The notes under the pieces were generated by a model. The model did not search any database and was not told the origin of the DNA. It was given only the letters and a program-made list of their open reading frames with translations. From positions 248,001 through 312,000 of the forward strand of contig JANHCV010000017.1 of NCBI GenBank assembly GCA_025594325.1: 64,000 nucleotides of DNA, read 5' to 3'. Source of the DNA: Blastocladiella emersonii ATCC 22665 (taxonomy: Eukaryota; Fungi; Blastocladiomycota). Both the position numbers and the translations under genes were made by a program. This document shows positions 37,889 to 52,405 of this stretch, in pieces (within the stretch, counting starts at the first letter, position 1; every line of letters begins with the position of its first letter).

Positions 37889-40800
37889 AACAACATTGCT
37901 CACGCAATGGATCATGTATTTTATGGCAAGTAGTCTGCGAAGCAGAGACGGGGATGTCCGGCCCAATCGGACCCTCCACGGATCACAATATGCACGCAAT
38001 GAATTGACTGATGATAGGGATGTACCAAACCAGCCACGTAGACAATTGTCGTGGTTGTCGAACAAAACCATATTCAAATCTTTGGCAACGCGCCTGTCCA
38101 GCTAGCCAGGGACCCATGAATCACAGTATCGACCCAACAAGATACTAGACCATGGTAATATAGTAAACCAACCTCGTACATAATTGTCATGGTACTCAAA
38201 CAAAACCATATTCAAGTCTTTGCTTTCCCGCATATCCAGCTGGCCAGGGACCCATAAATCACAGTATCGAACGAACAAGATATCTTACCATGGAAATATA
38301 GTTAACCAGCCACGCGGACAATTGTCATGGTACTCAATCGAGACCACATTCAAGTCTTTGCTCTCCCGCATGTCAAGCTGGTTGAAGGCCCATTAATCAC
38401 AGTATCGACCCAACAAGATATTTGACCATGGAAACATAGTAAACCAGCCACGCGGATAATTGTCATGGTACTCAATCAAAACCATATTCATATTTTTGCT
38501 TCCCCGTATGTCAAGCTGGTTGAAGACCCATAACTCACAGTATCGACCCAACAAGATATTTGACCATGGAAACATAGTAAACCAGCCACGCGGATAATTG
38601 TCATGGTACTCAATCAAAACCATATTCATATTTTTGCTTCCCCGCATGTCAAGCTGGTTGAAGACCCATAAATCACAGTATCGAACCAACAAAATATCTG
38701 ACCATGGAAATATAGTTAACCAGCCACGCGGACAATTGTCATGGTACTCAATCGAAACCACATTCAAGTCTTTGCTCTCCCGCATGTCAAGCTGGTTGAA
38801 GGCCCATTAATCACAGTATCGACCCAACAAGATATTTGACCATGGAAACATAGTAAACCAGCCACGCGGATAATTGTCATGGTACTCAATCAAAACCATA
38901 TTCAAGTCTTTGCTTTCCCGCACGTCCAGCTGGTTGAAGGCCCATAAATCACAGTATCGACCCAACAAAGTATCTGACAACCGAAATATAGCAGACAATC
39001 CACGCAGACAATTGTCATGCCACCTAATCAAAACCATATTCAAGTCTTTGCTTTCCCACATGTCAAGCTGGTTGAAGGCCCATAAATCACAGTATCGAAC
39101 CAACGAAATATCTGACCATGGAAATATAGTAAAGCAGCCACGCAGATAATTGTCATGGTACTTAATCAAAACCATATTCATATTTTTGCTTCCCCGCATG
39201 TCAAGCTGGTTGAAGGCCCATAAATCACAGTATCGAACGAACAAGATATCTTACCATGGAAATATAGTTAACCAGCCACGCAAATGATTGTCATGCCACT
39301 TAATCAAAACCATACTCAAATGGTCGATTACCCTCACGTCCAAGCGGCCAAGGACCCAAACCGCCAGATACCCAAATCTACGACCACGTTGCGCACACTC
39401 CACTAGCCAACTCTTCGATCCCCTAATTATGGAGCCCGTCGTCAAAGTCCACGGTCCAATCAACGAGGTAAACAGCGAACTTGTCAAACTGCCAACCTGC
39501 CAACCAAACACCCACGCCGCTTCTCAAGCCACGGTGGGCCCGCGCATTTGCGTTGCCGTCCCAGCCAACGAAGGAATGACTGATGAGCCCTGGTAGCCTG
39601 CTAGACTGACAGCCTGACAGCGCCCGCTCAGTTGCTATTATCTATCTCGTAGGTAGTCTGGGAGGAGTTCGTTAGTCGATACGCGACCAGTCTCCTCCTG
39701 GCTGCCCGCTCTGCTGCCATCTCCAAGGCCCGCATGAAGATGGGCCAGGGAGGTTTACGAGCATTTCCTATCTCTCCTCTCTCCGTGTGAAACCATTCAC
39801 CCGCGGACGGATGCGCACCACGCACCGTGCACCGCGCACCGCGCACCGCGCACCGCGCACCGTGCACCGCGCACCGCGCACCGCGCACAGCGCACCGCGG
39901 ACAGCGCCCGATGCACCACACGCTGCGCACACGGCGCCAACGGCCACGCTGGTGTCACGCACACACACTCGCATGAACGGCAAGCAGGCAAGGCTTCCTC
40001 AACTCAACCATGATCCATCGTCCATGTCTGCTCGCTCCAACGGGTGCGCCTGCCTACCCTCCCAGTGCCATCGATTGATTGATTCATGTCCAGTGCTGCC
40101 CATGCTTTCATGGCCGCGGGGTCCGTCAGAACGCCTTGCAATGCGTGCGCCTGCATGCACCTGCACTGCAGAGCGCTGCAGAGGGCTGCACAGCGCTGCG
40201 GAGGGCTGCAGAGGGCTAAGGCGGCAGGGCTTCTCCTCCTGCAGGGGACAGTACCAAGGCCAAGGAGTGCTAGTGACTACTAACGGAATGGTGATTGGCC
40301 CCCTTCACACGCTCCTGGCAGGACTGCGTGTGGGCGTGCGGGCGTTTGTGCGTGCGTGCCTTGATTCGTCCACCATCATACGCGCAAAGTGACCAAGTGA
40401 CCAAGTGACCAAGTGACCAAGGTGACCAAGGTGACCAAGGTGACCAAGGTGACCAAGGTGACCAAGTGACACACAAGCACCAAGCTAGGGTGGCCGGGCG
40501 GCCATGGAACGTACTGCATGGGAACCATTACCGTGGACTGGCCGCGGCCATTTATCGCAGCACAGCCCTGCCTGGCTCAGGACGCGGCGGGCGTGGGAGG
40601 CAGGCAGGGTAGATCGGTAGCAGCAGCAGGACCTGGCTAGCTGGCTGTCAAACAACACAAGTGAAGGGGTGCGTGAGGGAGGGTGTGTTGAATGAATGGA
40701 TGGGTGGATGCAGGCAGAGAGAGACCTTCATACGTGTCGTGGGTGATGAGGATTGGTTGGCCACCATCCACCAACGCCATGGCATGGCTGCGGGTGTCGC

Positions 40801-43800
40801 TGCGTGCGCCTTGGCGGGTGGTGTTGGTGGGTGGGTGGTCTTGGTGGGTGCTGTGGTGGTAGTGGAGCTAGAGTGGTGCCGTGGGGCTCTTGGGGTCCCC
40901 TTTCCTTCCTGTCTGGCCTAGGTGGGTCGGCGGACGCAGCGCGCATGCGGGCAAGGTAACAACATTGCTCACGCAATGGATCATGTATTTTATGGCAAGT
41001 AGTCTGCGAAGCAGAGACGGGGATGTCCGGCCCAATCGGACCCTCCACGGATCACAATATGCACGCAATGAATTGACTGATGATAGGGATGTACCAAACC
41101 AGCCACGTAGACAATTGTCGTGGTTGTCGAACAAAACCATATTCAAATCTTTGGCAACGCGCCTGTCCAGCTAGCCAGGGACCCATGAATCACAGTATCG
41201 ACCCAACAAGATACTAGACCATGGTAATATAGTAAACCAACCTCGTACATAATTGTCATGGTACTCAAACAAAACCATATTCAAGTCTTTGCTTTCCCGC
41301 ATATCCAGCTGGCCAGGGACCCATAAATCACAGTATCGAACGAACAAGATATCTTACCATGGAAATATAGTTAACCAGCCACGCGGACAATTGTCATGGT
41401 ACTCAATCGAGACCACATTCAAGTCTTTGCTCTCCCGCATGTCAAGCTGGTTGAAGGCCCATTAATCACAGTATCGACCCAACAAGATATTTGACCATGG
41501 AAACATAGTAAACCAGCCACGCGGATAATTGTCATGGTACTCAATCAAAACCATATTCATATTTTTGCTTCCCCGTATGTCAAGCTGGTTGAAGACCCAT
41601 AACTCACAGTATCGACCCAACAAGATATTTGACCATGGAAACATAGTAAACCAGCCACGCGGATAATTGTCATGGTACTCAATCAAAACCATATTCATAT
41701 TTTTGCTTCCCCGCATGTCAAGCTGGTTGAAGACCCATAAATCACAGTATCGAACCAACAAAATATCTGACCATGGAAATATAGTTAACCAGCCACGCGG
41801 ACAATTGTCATGGTACTCAATCGAAACCACATTCAAGTCTTTGCTCTCCCGCATGTCAAGCTGGTTGAAGGCCCATTAATCACAGTATCGACCCAACAAG
41901 ATATTTGACCATGGAAACATAGTAAACCAGCCACGCGGATAATTGTCATGGTACTCAATCAAAACCATATTCAAGTCTTTGCTTTCCCGCACGTCCAGCT
42001 GGTTGAAGGCCCATAAATCACAGTATCGACCCAACAAAGTATCTGACAACCGAAATATAGCAGACAATCCACGCAGACAATTGTCATGCCACCTAATCAA
42101 AACCATATTCAAGTCTTTGCTTTCCCACATGTCAAGCTGGTTGAAGGCCCATAAATCACAGTATCGAACCAACGAAATATCTGACCATGGAAATATAGTA
42201 AAGCAGCCACGCAGATAATTGTCATGGTACTTAATCAAAACCATATTCATATTTTTGCTTCCCCGCATGTCAAGCTGGTTGAAGGCCCATAAATCACAGT
42301 ATCGAACGAACAAGATATCTTACCATGGAAATATAGTTAACCAGCCACGCAAATGATTGTCATGCCACTTAATCAAAACCATACTCAAATGGTCGATTAC
42401 CCTCACGTCCAAGCGGCCAAGGACCCAAACCGCCAGATACCCAAATCTACGACCACGTTGCGCACACTCCACTAGCCAACTCTTCGATCCCCTAATTATG
42501 GAGCCCGTCGTCAAAGTCCACGGTCCAATCAACGAGGTAAACAGCGAACTTGTCAAACTGCCAACCTGCCAACCAAACACCCACGCCGCTTCTCAAGCCA
42601 CGGTGGGCCCGCGCATTTGCGTTGCCGTCCCAGCCAACGAAGGAATGACTGATGAGCCCTGGTAGCCTGCTAGACTGACAGCCTGACAGCGCCCGCTCAG
42701 TTGCTATTATCTATCTCGTAGGTAGTCTGGGAGGAGTTCGTTAGTCGATACGCGACCAGTCTCCTCCTGGCTGCCCGCTCTGCTGCCATCTCCAAGGCCC
42801 GCATGAAGATGGGCCAGGGAGGTTTACGAGCATTTCCTATCTCTCCTCTCTCCGTGTGAAACCATTCACCCGCGGACGGATGCGCACCACGCACCGTGCA
42901 CCGCGCACCGCGCACCGCGCACCGCGCACCGTGCACCGCGCACCGCGCACCGCGCACAGCGCACCGCGGACAGCGCCCGATGCACCACACGCTGCGCACA
43001 CGGCGCCAACGGCCACGCTGGTGTCACGCACACACACTCGCATGAACGGCAAGCAGGCAAGGCTTCCTCAACTCAACCATGATCCATCGTCCATGTCTGC
43101 TCGCTCCAACGGGTGCGCCTGCCTACCCTCCCAGTGCCATCGATTGATTGATTCATGTCCAGTGCTGCCCATGCTTTCATGGCCGCGGGGTCCGTCAGAA
43201 CGCCTTGCAATGCGTGCGCCTGCATGCACCTGCACTGCAGAGCGCTGCAGAGGGCTGCACAGCGCTGCGGAGGGCTGCAGAGGGCTAAGGCGGCAGGGCT
43301 TCTCCTCCTGCAGGGGACAGTACCAAGGCCAAGGAGTGCTAGTGACTACTAACGGAATGGTGATTGGCCCCCTTCACACGCTCCTGGCAGGACTGCGTGT
43401 GGGCGTGCGGGCGTTTGTGCGTGCGTGCCTTGATTCGTCCACCATCATACGCGCAAAGTGACCAAGTGACCAAGTGACCAAGTGACCAAGGTGACCAAGG
43501 TGACCAAGGTGACCAAGGTGACCAAGGTGACCAAGTGACACACAAGCACCAAGCTAGGGTGGCCGGGCGGCCATGGAACGTACTGCATGGGAACCATTAC
43601 CGTGGACTGGCCGCGGCCATTTATCGCAGCACAGCCCTGCCTGGCTCAGGACGCGGCGGGCGTGGGAGGCAGGCAGGGTAGATCGGTAGCAGCAGCAGGA
43701 CCTGGCTAGCTGGCTGTCAAACAACACAAGTGAAGGGGTGCGTGAGGGAGGGTGTGTTGAATGAATGGATGGGTGGATGCAGGCAGAGAGAGACCTTCAT

Positions 43801-46800
43801 ACGTGTCGTGGGTGATGAGGATTGGTTGGCCACCATCCACCAACGCCATGGCATGGCTGCGGGTGTCGCTGCGTGCGCCTTGGCGGGTGGTGTTGGTGGG
43901 TGGGTGGTCTTGGTGGGTGCTGTGGTGGTAGTGGAGCTAGAGTGGTGCCGTGGGGCTCTTGGGGTCCCCTTTCCTTCCTGTCTGGCCTAGGTGGGTCGGC
44001 GGACGCAGCGCGCATGCGGGCAAGGTAACAACATTGCTCACGCAATGGATCATGTATTTTATGGCAAGTAGTCTGCGAAGCAGAGACGGGGATGTCCGGC
44101 CCAATCGGACCCTCCACGGATCACAATATGCACGCAATGAATTGACTGATGATAGGGATGTACCAAACCAGCCACGTAGACAATTGTCGTGGTTGTCGAA
44201 CAAAACCATATTCAAATCTTTGGCAACGCGCCTGTCCAGCTAGCCAGGGACCCATGAATCACAGTATCGACCCAACAAGATATTAGACCATGGTAATATA
44301 GTAAACCAACCTCGTACATAATTGTCATGGTACTCAAACAAAACCATATTCAAGTCTTTGCTTTCCCGCATATCCAGCTGGCCAGGGACCCATAAATCAC
44401 AGTATCGAACGAACAAGATATCTTACCATGGAAATATAGTTAACCAGCCACGCGGACAATTGTCATGGTACTCAATCGAGACCACATTCAAGTCTTTGCT
44501 CTCCCGCATGTCAAGCTGGTTGAAGGCCCATTAATCACAGTATCGACCCAACAAGATATTTGACCATGGAAACATAGTAAACCAGCCACGCGGATAATTG
44601 TCATGGTACTCAATCAAAACCATATTCATATTTTTGCTTCCCCGTATGTCAAGCTGGTTGAAGACCCATAACTCACAGTATCGACCCAACAAGATATTTG
44701 ACCATGGAAACATAGTAAACCAGCCACGCGGATAATTGTCATGGTACTCAATCAAAACCATATTCATATTTTTGCTTCCCCGCATGTCAAGCTGGTTGAA
44801 GACCCATAAATCACAGTATCGAACCAACAAAATATCTGACCATGGAAATATAGTTAACCAGCCACGCGGACAATTGTCATGGTACTCAATCGAAACCACA
44901 TTCAAGTCTTTGCTCTCCCGCATGTCAAGCTGGTTGAAGGCCCATTAATCACAGTATCGACCCAACAAGATATTTGACCATGGAAACATAGTAAACCAGC
45001 CACGCGGATAATTGTCATGGTACTCAATCAAAACCATATTCAAGTCTTTGCTTTCCCGCACGTCCAGCTGGTTGAAGGCCCATAAATCACAGTATCGACC
45101 CAACAAAGTATCTGACAACCGAAATATAGCAGACAATCCACGCAGACAATTGTCATGCCACCTAATCAAAACCATATTCAAGTCTTTGCTTTCCCACATG
45201 TCAAGCTGGTTGAAGGCCCATAAATCACAGTATCGAACCAACGAAATATCTGACCATGGAAATATAGTAAAGCAGCCACGCAGATAATTGTCATGGTACT
45301 TAATCAAAACCATATTCATATTTTTGCTTCCCCGCATGTCAAGCTGGTTGAAGGCCCATAAATCACAGTATCGAACGAACAAGATATCTTACCATGGAAA
45401 TATAGTTAACCAGCCACGCAAATGATTGTCATGCCACTTAATCAAAACCATACTCAAATGGTCGATTACCCTCACGTCCAAGCGGCCAAGGACCCAAACC
45501 GCCAGATACCCAAATCTACGACCACGTTGCGCACACTCCACTAGCCAACTCTTCGATCCCCTAATTATGGAGCCCGTCGTCAAAGTCCACGGTCCAATCA
45601 ACGAGGTAAACAGCGAACTTGTCAAACTGCCAACCTGCCAACCAAACACCCACGCCGCTTCTCAAGCCACGGTGGGCCCGCGCATTTGCGTTGCCGTCCC
45701 AGCCAACGAAGGAATGACTGATGAGCCCTGGTAGCCTGCTAGACTGACAGCCTGACAGCGCCCGCTCAGTTGCTATTATCTATCTCGTAGGTAGTCTGGG
45801 AGGAGTTCGTTAGTCGATACGCGACCAGTCTCCTCCTGGCTGCCCGCTCTGCTGCCATCTCCAAGGCCCGCATGAAGATGGGCCAGGGAGGTTTACGAGC
45901 ATTTCCTATCTCTCCTCTCTCCGTGTGAAACCATTCACCCGCGGACGGATGCGCACCACGCACCGTGCACCGCGCACCGCGCACCGCGCACCGCGCACCG
46001 TGCACCGCGCACCGCGCACCGCGCACAGCGCACCGCGGACAGCGCCCGATGCACCACACGCTGCGCACACGGCGCCAACGGCCACGCTGGTGTCACGCAC
46101 ACACACTCGCATGAACGGCAAGCAGGCAAGGCTTCCTCAACTCAACCATGATCCATCGTCCATGTCTGCTCGCTCCAACGGGTGCGCCTGCCTACCCTCC
46201 CAGTGCCATCGATTGATTGATTCATGTCCAGTGCTGCCCATGCTTTCATGGCCGCGGGGTCCGTCAGAACGCCTTGCAATGCGTGCGCCTGCATGCACCT
46301 GCACTGCAGAGCGCTGCAGAGGGCTGCACAGCGCTGCGGAGGGCTGCAGAGGGCTAAGGCGGCAGGGCTTCTCCTCCTGCAGGGGACAGTACCAAGGCCA
46401 AGGAGTGCTAGTGACTACTAACGGAATGGTGATTGGCCCCCTTCACACGCTCCTGGCAGGACTGCGTGTGGGCGTGCGGGCGTTTGTGCGTGCGTGCCTT
46501 GATTCGTCCACCATCATACGCGCAAAGTGACCAAGTGACCAAGTGACCAAGTGACCAAGGTGACCAAGGTGACCAAGGTGACCAAGGTGACCAAGGTGAC
46601 CAAGTGACACACAAGCACCAAGCTAGGGTGGCCGGGCGGCCATGGAACGTACTGCATGGGAACCATTACCGTGGACTGGCCGCGGCCATTTATCGCAGCA
46701 CAGCCCTGCCTGGCTCAGGACGCGGCGGGCGTGGGAGGCAGGCAGGGTAGATCGGTAGCAGCAGCAGGACCTGGCTAGCTGGCTGTCAAACAACACAAGT

Positions 46801-49800
46801 GAAGGGGTGCGTGAGGGAGGGTGTGTTGAATGAATGGATGGGTGGATGCAGGCAGAGAGAGACCTTCATACGTGTCGTGGGTGATGAGGATTGGTTGGCC
46901 ACCATCCACCAACGCCATGGCATGGCTGCGGGTGTCGCTGCGTGCGCCTTGGCGGGTGGTGTTGGTGGGTGGGTGGTCTTGGTGGGTGCTGTGGTGGTAG
47001 TGGAGCTAGAGTGGTGCCGTGGGGCTCTTGGGGTCCCCTTTCCTTCCTGTCTGGCCTAGGTGGGTCGGCGGACGCAGCGCGCATGCGGGCAAGGTAACAA
47101 CATTGCTCACGCAATGGATCATGTATTTTATGGCAAGTAGTCTGCGAAGCAGAGACGGGGATGTCCGGCCCAATCGGACCCTCCACGGATCACAATATGC
47201 ACGCAATGAATTGACTGATGATAGGGATGTACCAAACCAGCCACGTAGACAATTGTCGTGGTTGTCGAACAAAACCATATTCAAATCTTTGGCAACGCGC
47301 CTGTCCAGCTAGCCAGGGACCCATGAATCACAGTATCGACCCAACAAGATATTAGACCATGGTAATATAGTAAACCAACCTCGTACATAATTGTCATGGT
47401 ACTCAAACAAAACCATATTCAAGTCTTTGCTTTCCCGCATATCCAGCTGGCCAGGGACCCATAAATCACAGTATCGAACGAACAAGATATCTTACCATGG
47501 AAATATAGTTAACCAGCCACGCGGACAATTGTCATGGTACTCAATCGAGACCACATTCAAGTCTTTGCTCTCCCGCATGTCAAGCTGGTTGAAGGCCCAT
47601 TAATCACAGTATCGACCCAACAAGATATTTGACCATGGAAACATAGTAAACCAGCCACGCGGATAATTGTCATGGTACTCAATCAAAACCATATTCATAT
47701 TTTTGCTTCCCCGTATGTCAAGCTGGTTGAAGACCCATAACTCACAGTATCGACCCAACAAGATATTTGACCATGGAAACATAGTAAACCAGCCACGCGG
47801 ATAATTGTCATGGTACTCAATCAAAACCATATTCATATTTTTGCTTCCCCGCATGTCAAGCTGGTTGAAGACCCATAAATCACAGTATCGAACCAACAAA
47901 ATATCTGACCATGGAAATATAGTTAACCAGCCACGCGGACAATTGTCATGGTACTCAATCGAAACCACATTCAAGTCTTTGCTCTCCCGCATGTCAAGCT
48001 GGTTGAAGGCCCATTAATCACAGTATCGACCCAACAAGATATTTGACCATGGAAACATAGTAAACCAGCCACGCGGATAATTGTCATGGTACTCAATCAA
48101 AACCATATTCAAGTCTTTGCTTTCCCGCACGTCCAGCTGGTTGAAGGCCCATAAATCACAGTATCGACCCAACAAAGTATCTGACAACCGAAATATAGCA
48201 GACAATCCACGCAGACAATTGTCATGCCACCTAATCAAAACCATATTCAAGTCTTTGCTTTCCCACATGTCAAGCTGGTTGAAGGCCCATAAATCACAGT
48301 ATCGAACCAACGAAATATCTGACCATGGAAATATAGTAAAGCAGCCACGCAGATAATTGTCATGGTACTTAATCAAAACCATATTCATATTTTTGCTTCC
48401 CCGCATGTCAAGCTGGTTGAAGGCCCATAAATCACAGTATCGAACGAACAAGATATCTTACCATGGAAATATAGTTAACCAGCCACGCAAATGATTGTCA
48501 TGCCACTTAATCAAAACCATACTCAAATGGTCGATTACCCTCACGTCCAAGCGGCCAAGGACCCAAACCGCCAGATACCCAAATCTACGACCACGTTGCG
48601 CACACTCCACTAGCCAACTCTTCGATCCCCTAATTATGGAGCCCGTCGTCAAAGTCCACGGTCCAATCAACGAGGTAAACAGCGAACTTGTCAAACTGCC
48701 AACCTGCCAACCAAACACCCACGCCGCTTCTCAAGCCACGGTGGGCCCGCGCATTTGCGTTGCCGTCCCAGCCAACGAAGGAATGACTGATGAGCCCTGG
48801 TAGCCTGCTAGACTGACAGCCTGACAGCGCCCGCTCAGTTGCTATTATCTATCTCGTAGGTAGTCTGGGAGGAGTTCGTTAGTCGATACGCGACCAGTCT
48901 CCTCCTGGCTGCCCGCTCTGCTGCCATCTCCAAGGCCCGCATGAAGATGGGCCAGGGAGGTTTACGAGCATTTCCTATCTCTCCTCTCTCCGTGTGAAAC
49001 CATTCACCCGCGGACGGATGCGCACCACGCACCGTGCACCGCGCACCGCGCACCGCGCACCGCGCACCGTGCACCGCGCACCGCGCACCGCGCACAGCGC
49101 ACCGCGGACAGCGCCCGATGCACCACACGCTGCGCACACGGCGCCAACGGCCACGCTGGTGTCACGCACACACACTCGCATGAACGGCAAGCAGGCAAGG
49201 CTTCCTCAACTCAACCATGATCCATCGTCCATGTCTGCTCGCTCCAACGGGTGCGCCTGCCTACCCTCCCAGTGCCATCGATTGATTGATTCATGTCCAG
49301 TGCTGCCCATGCTTTCATGGCCGCGGGGTCCGTCAGAACGCCTTGCAATGCGTGCGCCTGCATGCACCTGCACTGCAGAGCGCTGCAGAGGGCTGCACAG
49401 CGCTGCGGAGGGCTGCAGAGGGCTAAGGCGGCAGGGCTTCTCCTCCTGCAGGGGACAGTACCAAGGCCAAGGAGTGCTAGTGACTACTAACGGAATGGTG
49501 ATTGGCCCCCTTCACACGCTCCTGGCAGGACTGCGTGTGGGCGTGCGGGCGTTTGTGCGTGCGTGCCTTGATTCGTCCACCATCATACGCGCAAAGTGAC
49601 CAAGTGACCAAGTGACCAAGTGACCAAGGTGACCAAGGTGACCAAGGTGACCAAGGTGACCAAGGTGACCAAGTGACACACAAGCACCAAGCTAGGGTGG
49701 CCGGGCGGCCATGGAACGTACTGCATGGGAACCATTACCGTGGACTGGCCGCGGCCATTTATCGCAGCACAGCCCTGCCTGGCTCAGGACGCGGCGGGCG

Positions 49801-50164
49801 TGGGAGGCAGGCAGGGTAGATCGGTAGCAGCAGCAGGACCTGGCTAGCTGGCTGTCAAACAACACAAGTGAAGGGGTGCGTGAGGGAGGGTGTGTTGAAT
49901 GAATGGATGGGTGGATGCAGGCAGAGAGAGACCTTCATACGTGTCGTGGGTGATGAGGATTGGTTGGCCACCATCCACCAACGCCATGGCATGGCTGCGG
50001 GTGTCGCTGCGTGCGCCTTGGCGGGTGGTGTTGGTGGGTGGGTGGTCTTGGTGGGTGCTGTGGTGGTAGTGGAGCTAGAGTGGTGCCGTGGGGCTCTTGG
50101 GGTCCCCTTTCCTTCCTGTCTGGCCTAGGTGGGTCGGCGGACGCAGCGCGCATGCGGGCAAGGT
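37889..50164. repeat. Units U14-U17 (3069 bp each): modal type
   Basis: Constant 3069-bp spacing; U14 and U15 carry GATACTAGAC. Confidence 0.95.
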
Positions 50165-52405
50165 AACAACATTGCTCACGCAATGGATCATGTATTTTAT
50201 GGCAAGTAGTCTGCGAAGCAGAGACGGGGATGTCCGGCCCAATCGGACCCTCCACGGATCACAATATGCACGCAATGAATTGACTGATGATAGGGATGTA
50301 CCAAACCAGCCACGCGGACAATTGTCACGGTACTCAATCGAGACCACATTCAAGTCTTTGCTCTCCCGCATGTCAAGCTGGTTGAAGGCCCATTAATCAC
50401 AGTATCGACCCAACAAGATATTTGACCATGGAAACATAGTAAACCAGCCACGCGGATAATTGTCATGGTACTCAATCAAAACCATATTCAAGTCTTTGCT
50501 TTCCCGCACGTCCAGCTGGTTGAAGGCCCATAAATCACAGTATCGAACCAACGAAATATCTGACCATGGAAATATAGTAAAGCAGCCACGCAGATAATTG
50601 TCATGGTACTTAATCAAAACCATATTCATATTTTTGCTTCCCCGCATGTCAAGCTGGTTGAAGGCCCATAAATCACAGTATCGAACGAACAAGATATCTT
50701 ACCATGGAAATATAGTTAACCAGCCACGCAAATGATTGTCATGCCACTTAATCAAAACCATACTCAAATGGTCGATTACCCTCACGTCCAAGCGGCCAAG
50801 GACCCAAACCGCCAGATACCCAAATCTACGACCACGTTGCGCACACTCCACTAGCCAACTCTTCGATCCCCTAATTATGGAGCCCGTCGTCAAAGTCCAC
50901 GGTCCAATCAACGAGGTAAACAGCGAACTTGTCAAACTGCCAACCTGCCAACCAAACACCCACGCCGCTTCTCAAGCCACGGTGGGCCCGCGCATTTGCG
51001 TTGCCGTCCCAGCCAACGAAGGAATGACTGATGAGCCCTGGTAGCCTGCTAGACTGACAGCCTGACAGCGCCCGCTCAGTTGCTATTATCTATCTCGTAG
51101 GTAGTCTGGGAGGAGTTCGTTAGTCGATACGCGACCAGTCTCCTCCTGGCTGCCCGCTCTGCTGCCATCTCCAAGGCCCGCATGAAGATGGGCCAGGGAG
51201 GTTTACGAGCATTTCCTATCTCTCCTCTCTCCGTGTGAAACCATTCACCCGCGGACGGATGCGCACCACGCACCGTGCACCGCGCACCGCGCACCGCGCA
51301 CCGCGCACCGTGCACCGCGCACCGCGCACCGCGCACAGCGCACCGCGGACAGCGCCCGATGCACCACACGCTGCGCACACGGCGCCAACGGCCACGCTGG
51401 TGTCACGCACACACACTCGCATGAACGGCAAGCAGGCAAGGCTTCCTCAACTCAACCATGATCCATCGTCCATGTCTGCTCGCTCCAACGGGTGCGCCTG
51501 CCTACCCTCCCAGTGCCATCGATTGATTGATTCATGTCCAGTGCTGCCCATGCTTTCATGGCCGCGGGGTCCGTCAGAACGCCTTGCAATGCGTGCGCCT
51601 GCATGCACCTGCACTGCAGAGCGCTGCAGAGGGCTGCACAGCGCTGCGGAGGGCTGCAGAGGGCTAAGGCGGCAGGGCTTCTCCTCCTGCAGGGGACAGT
51701 ACCAAGGCCAAGGAGTGCTAGTGACTACTAACGGAATGGTGATTGGCCCCCTTCACACGCTCCTGGCAGGACTGCGTGTGGGCGTGCGGGCGTTTGTGCG
51801 TGCGTGCCTTGATTCGTCCACCATCATACGCGCAAAGTGACCAAGTGACCAAGTGACCAAGTGACCAAGGTGACCAAGGTGACCAAGGTGACCAAGGTGA
51901 CCAAGGTGACCAAGTGACACACAAGCACCAAGCTAGGGTGGCCGGGCGGCCATGGAACGTACTGCATGGGAACCATTACCGTGGACTGGCCGCGGCCATT
52001 TATCGCAGCACAGCCCTGCCTGGCTCAGGACGCGGCGGGCGTGGGAGGCAGGCAGGGTAGATCGGTAGCAGCAGCAGGACCTGGCTAGCTGGCTGTCAAA
52101 CAACACAAGTGAAGGGGTGCGTGAGGGAGGGTGTGTTGAATGAATGGATGGGTGGATGCAGGCAGAGAGAGACCTTCATACGTGTCGTGGGTGATGAGGA
52201 TTGGTTGGCCACCATCCACCAACGCCATGGCATGGCTGCGGGTGTCGCTGCGTGCGCCTTGGCGGGTGGTGTTGGTGGGTGGGTGGTCTTGGTGGGTGCT
52301 GTGGTGGTAGTGGAGCTAGAGTGGTGCCGTGGGGCTCTTGGGGTCCCCTTTCCTTCCTGTCTGGCCTAGGTGGGTCGGCGGACGCAGCGCGCATGCGGGC
52401 AAGGT
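50165..52405. repeat. Unit U18 (2241 bp): 3 monomers (m3, m7/m8 hybrid, m9), shortest unit
   Basis: 3069-6x138. Confidence 0.95.
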
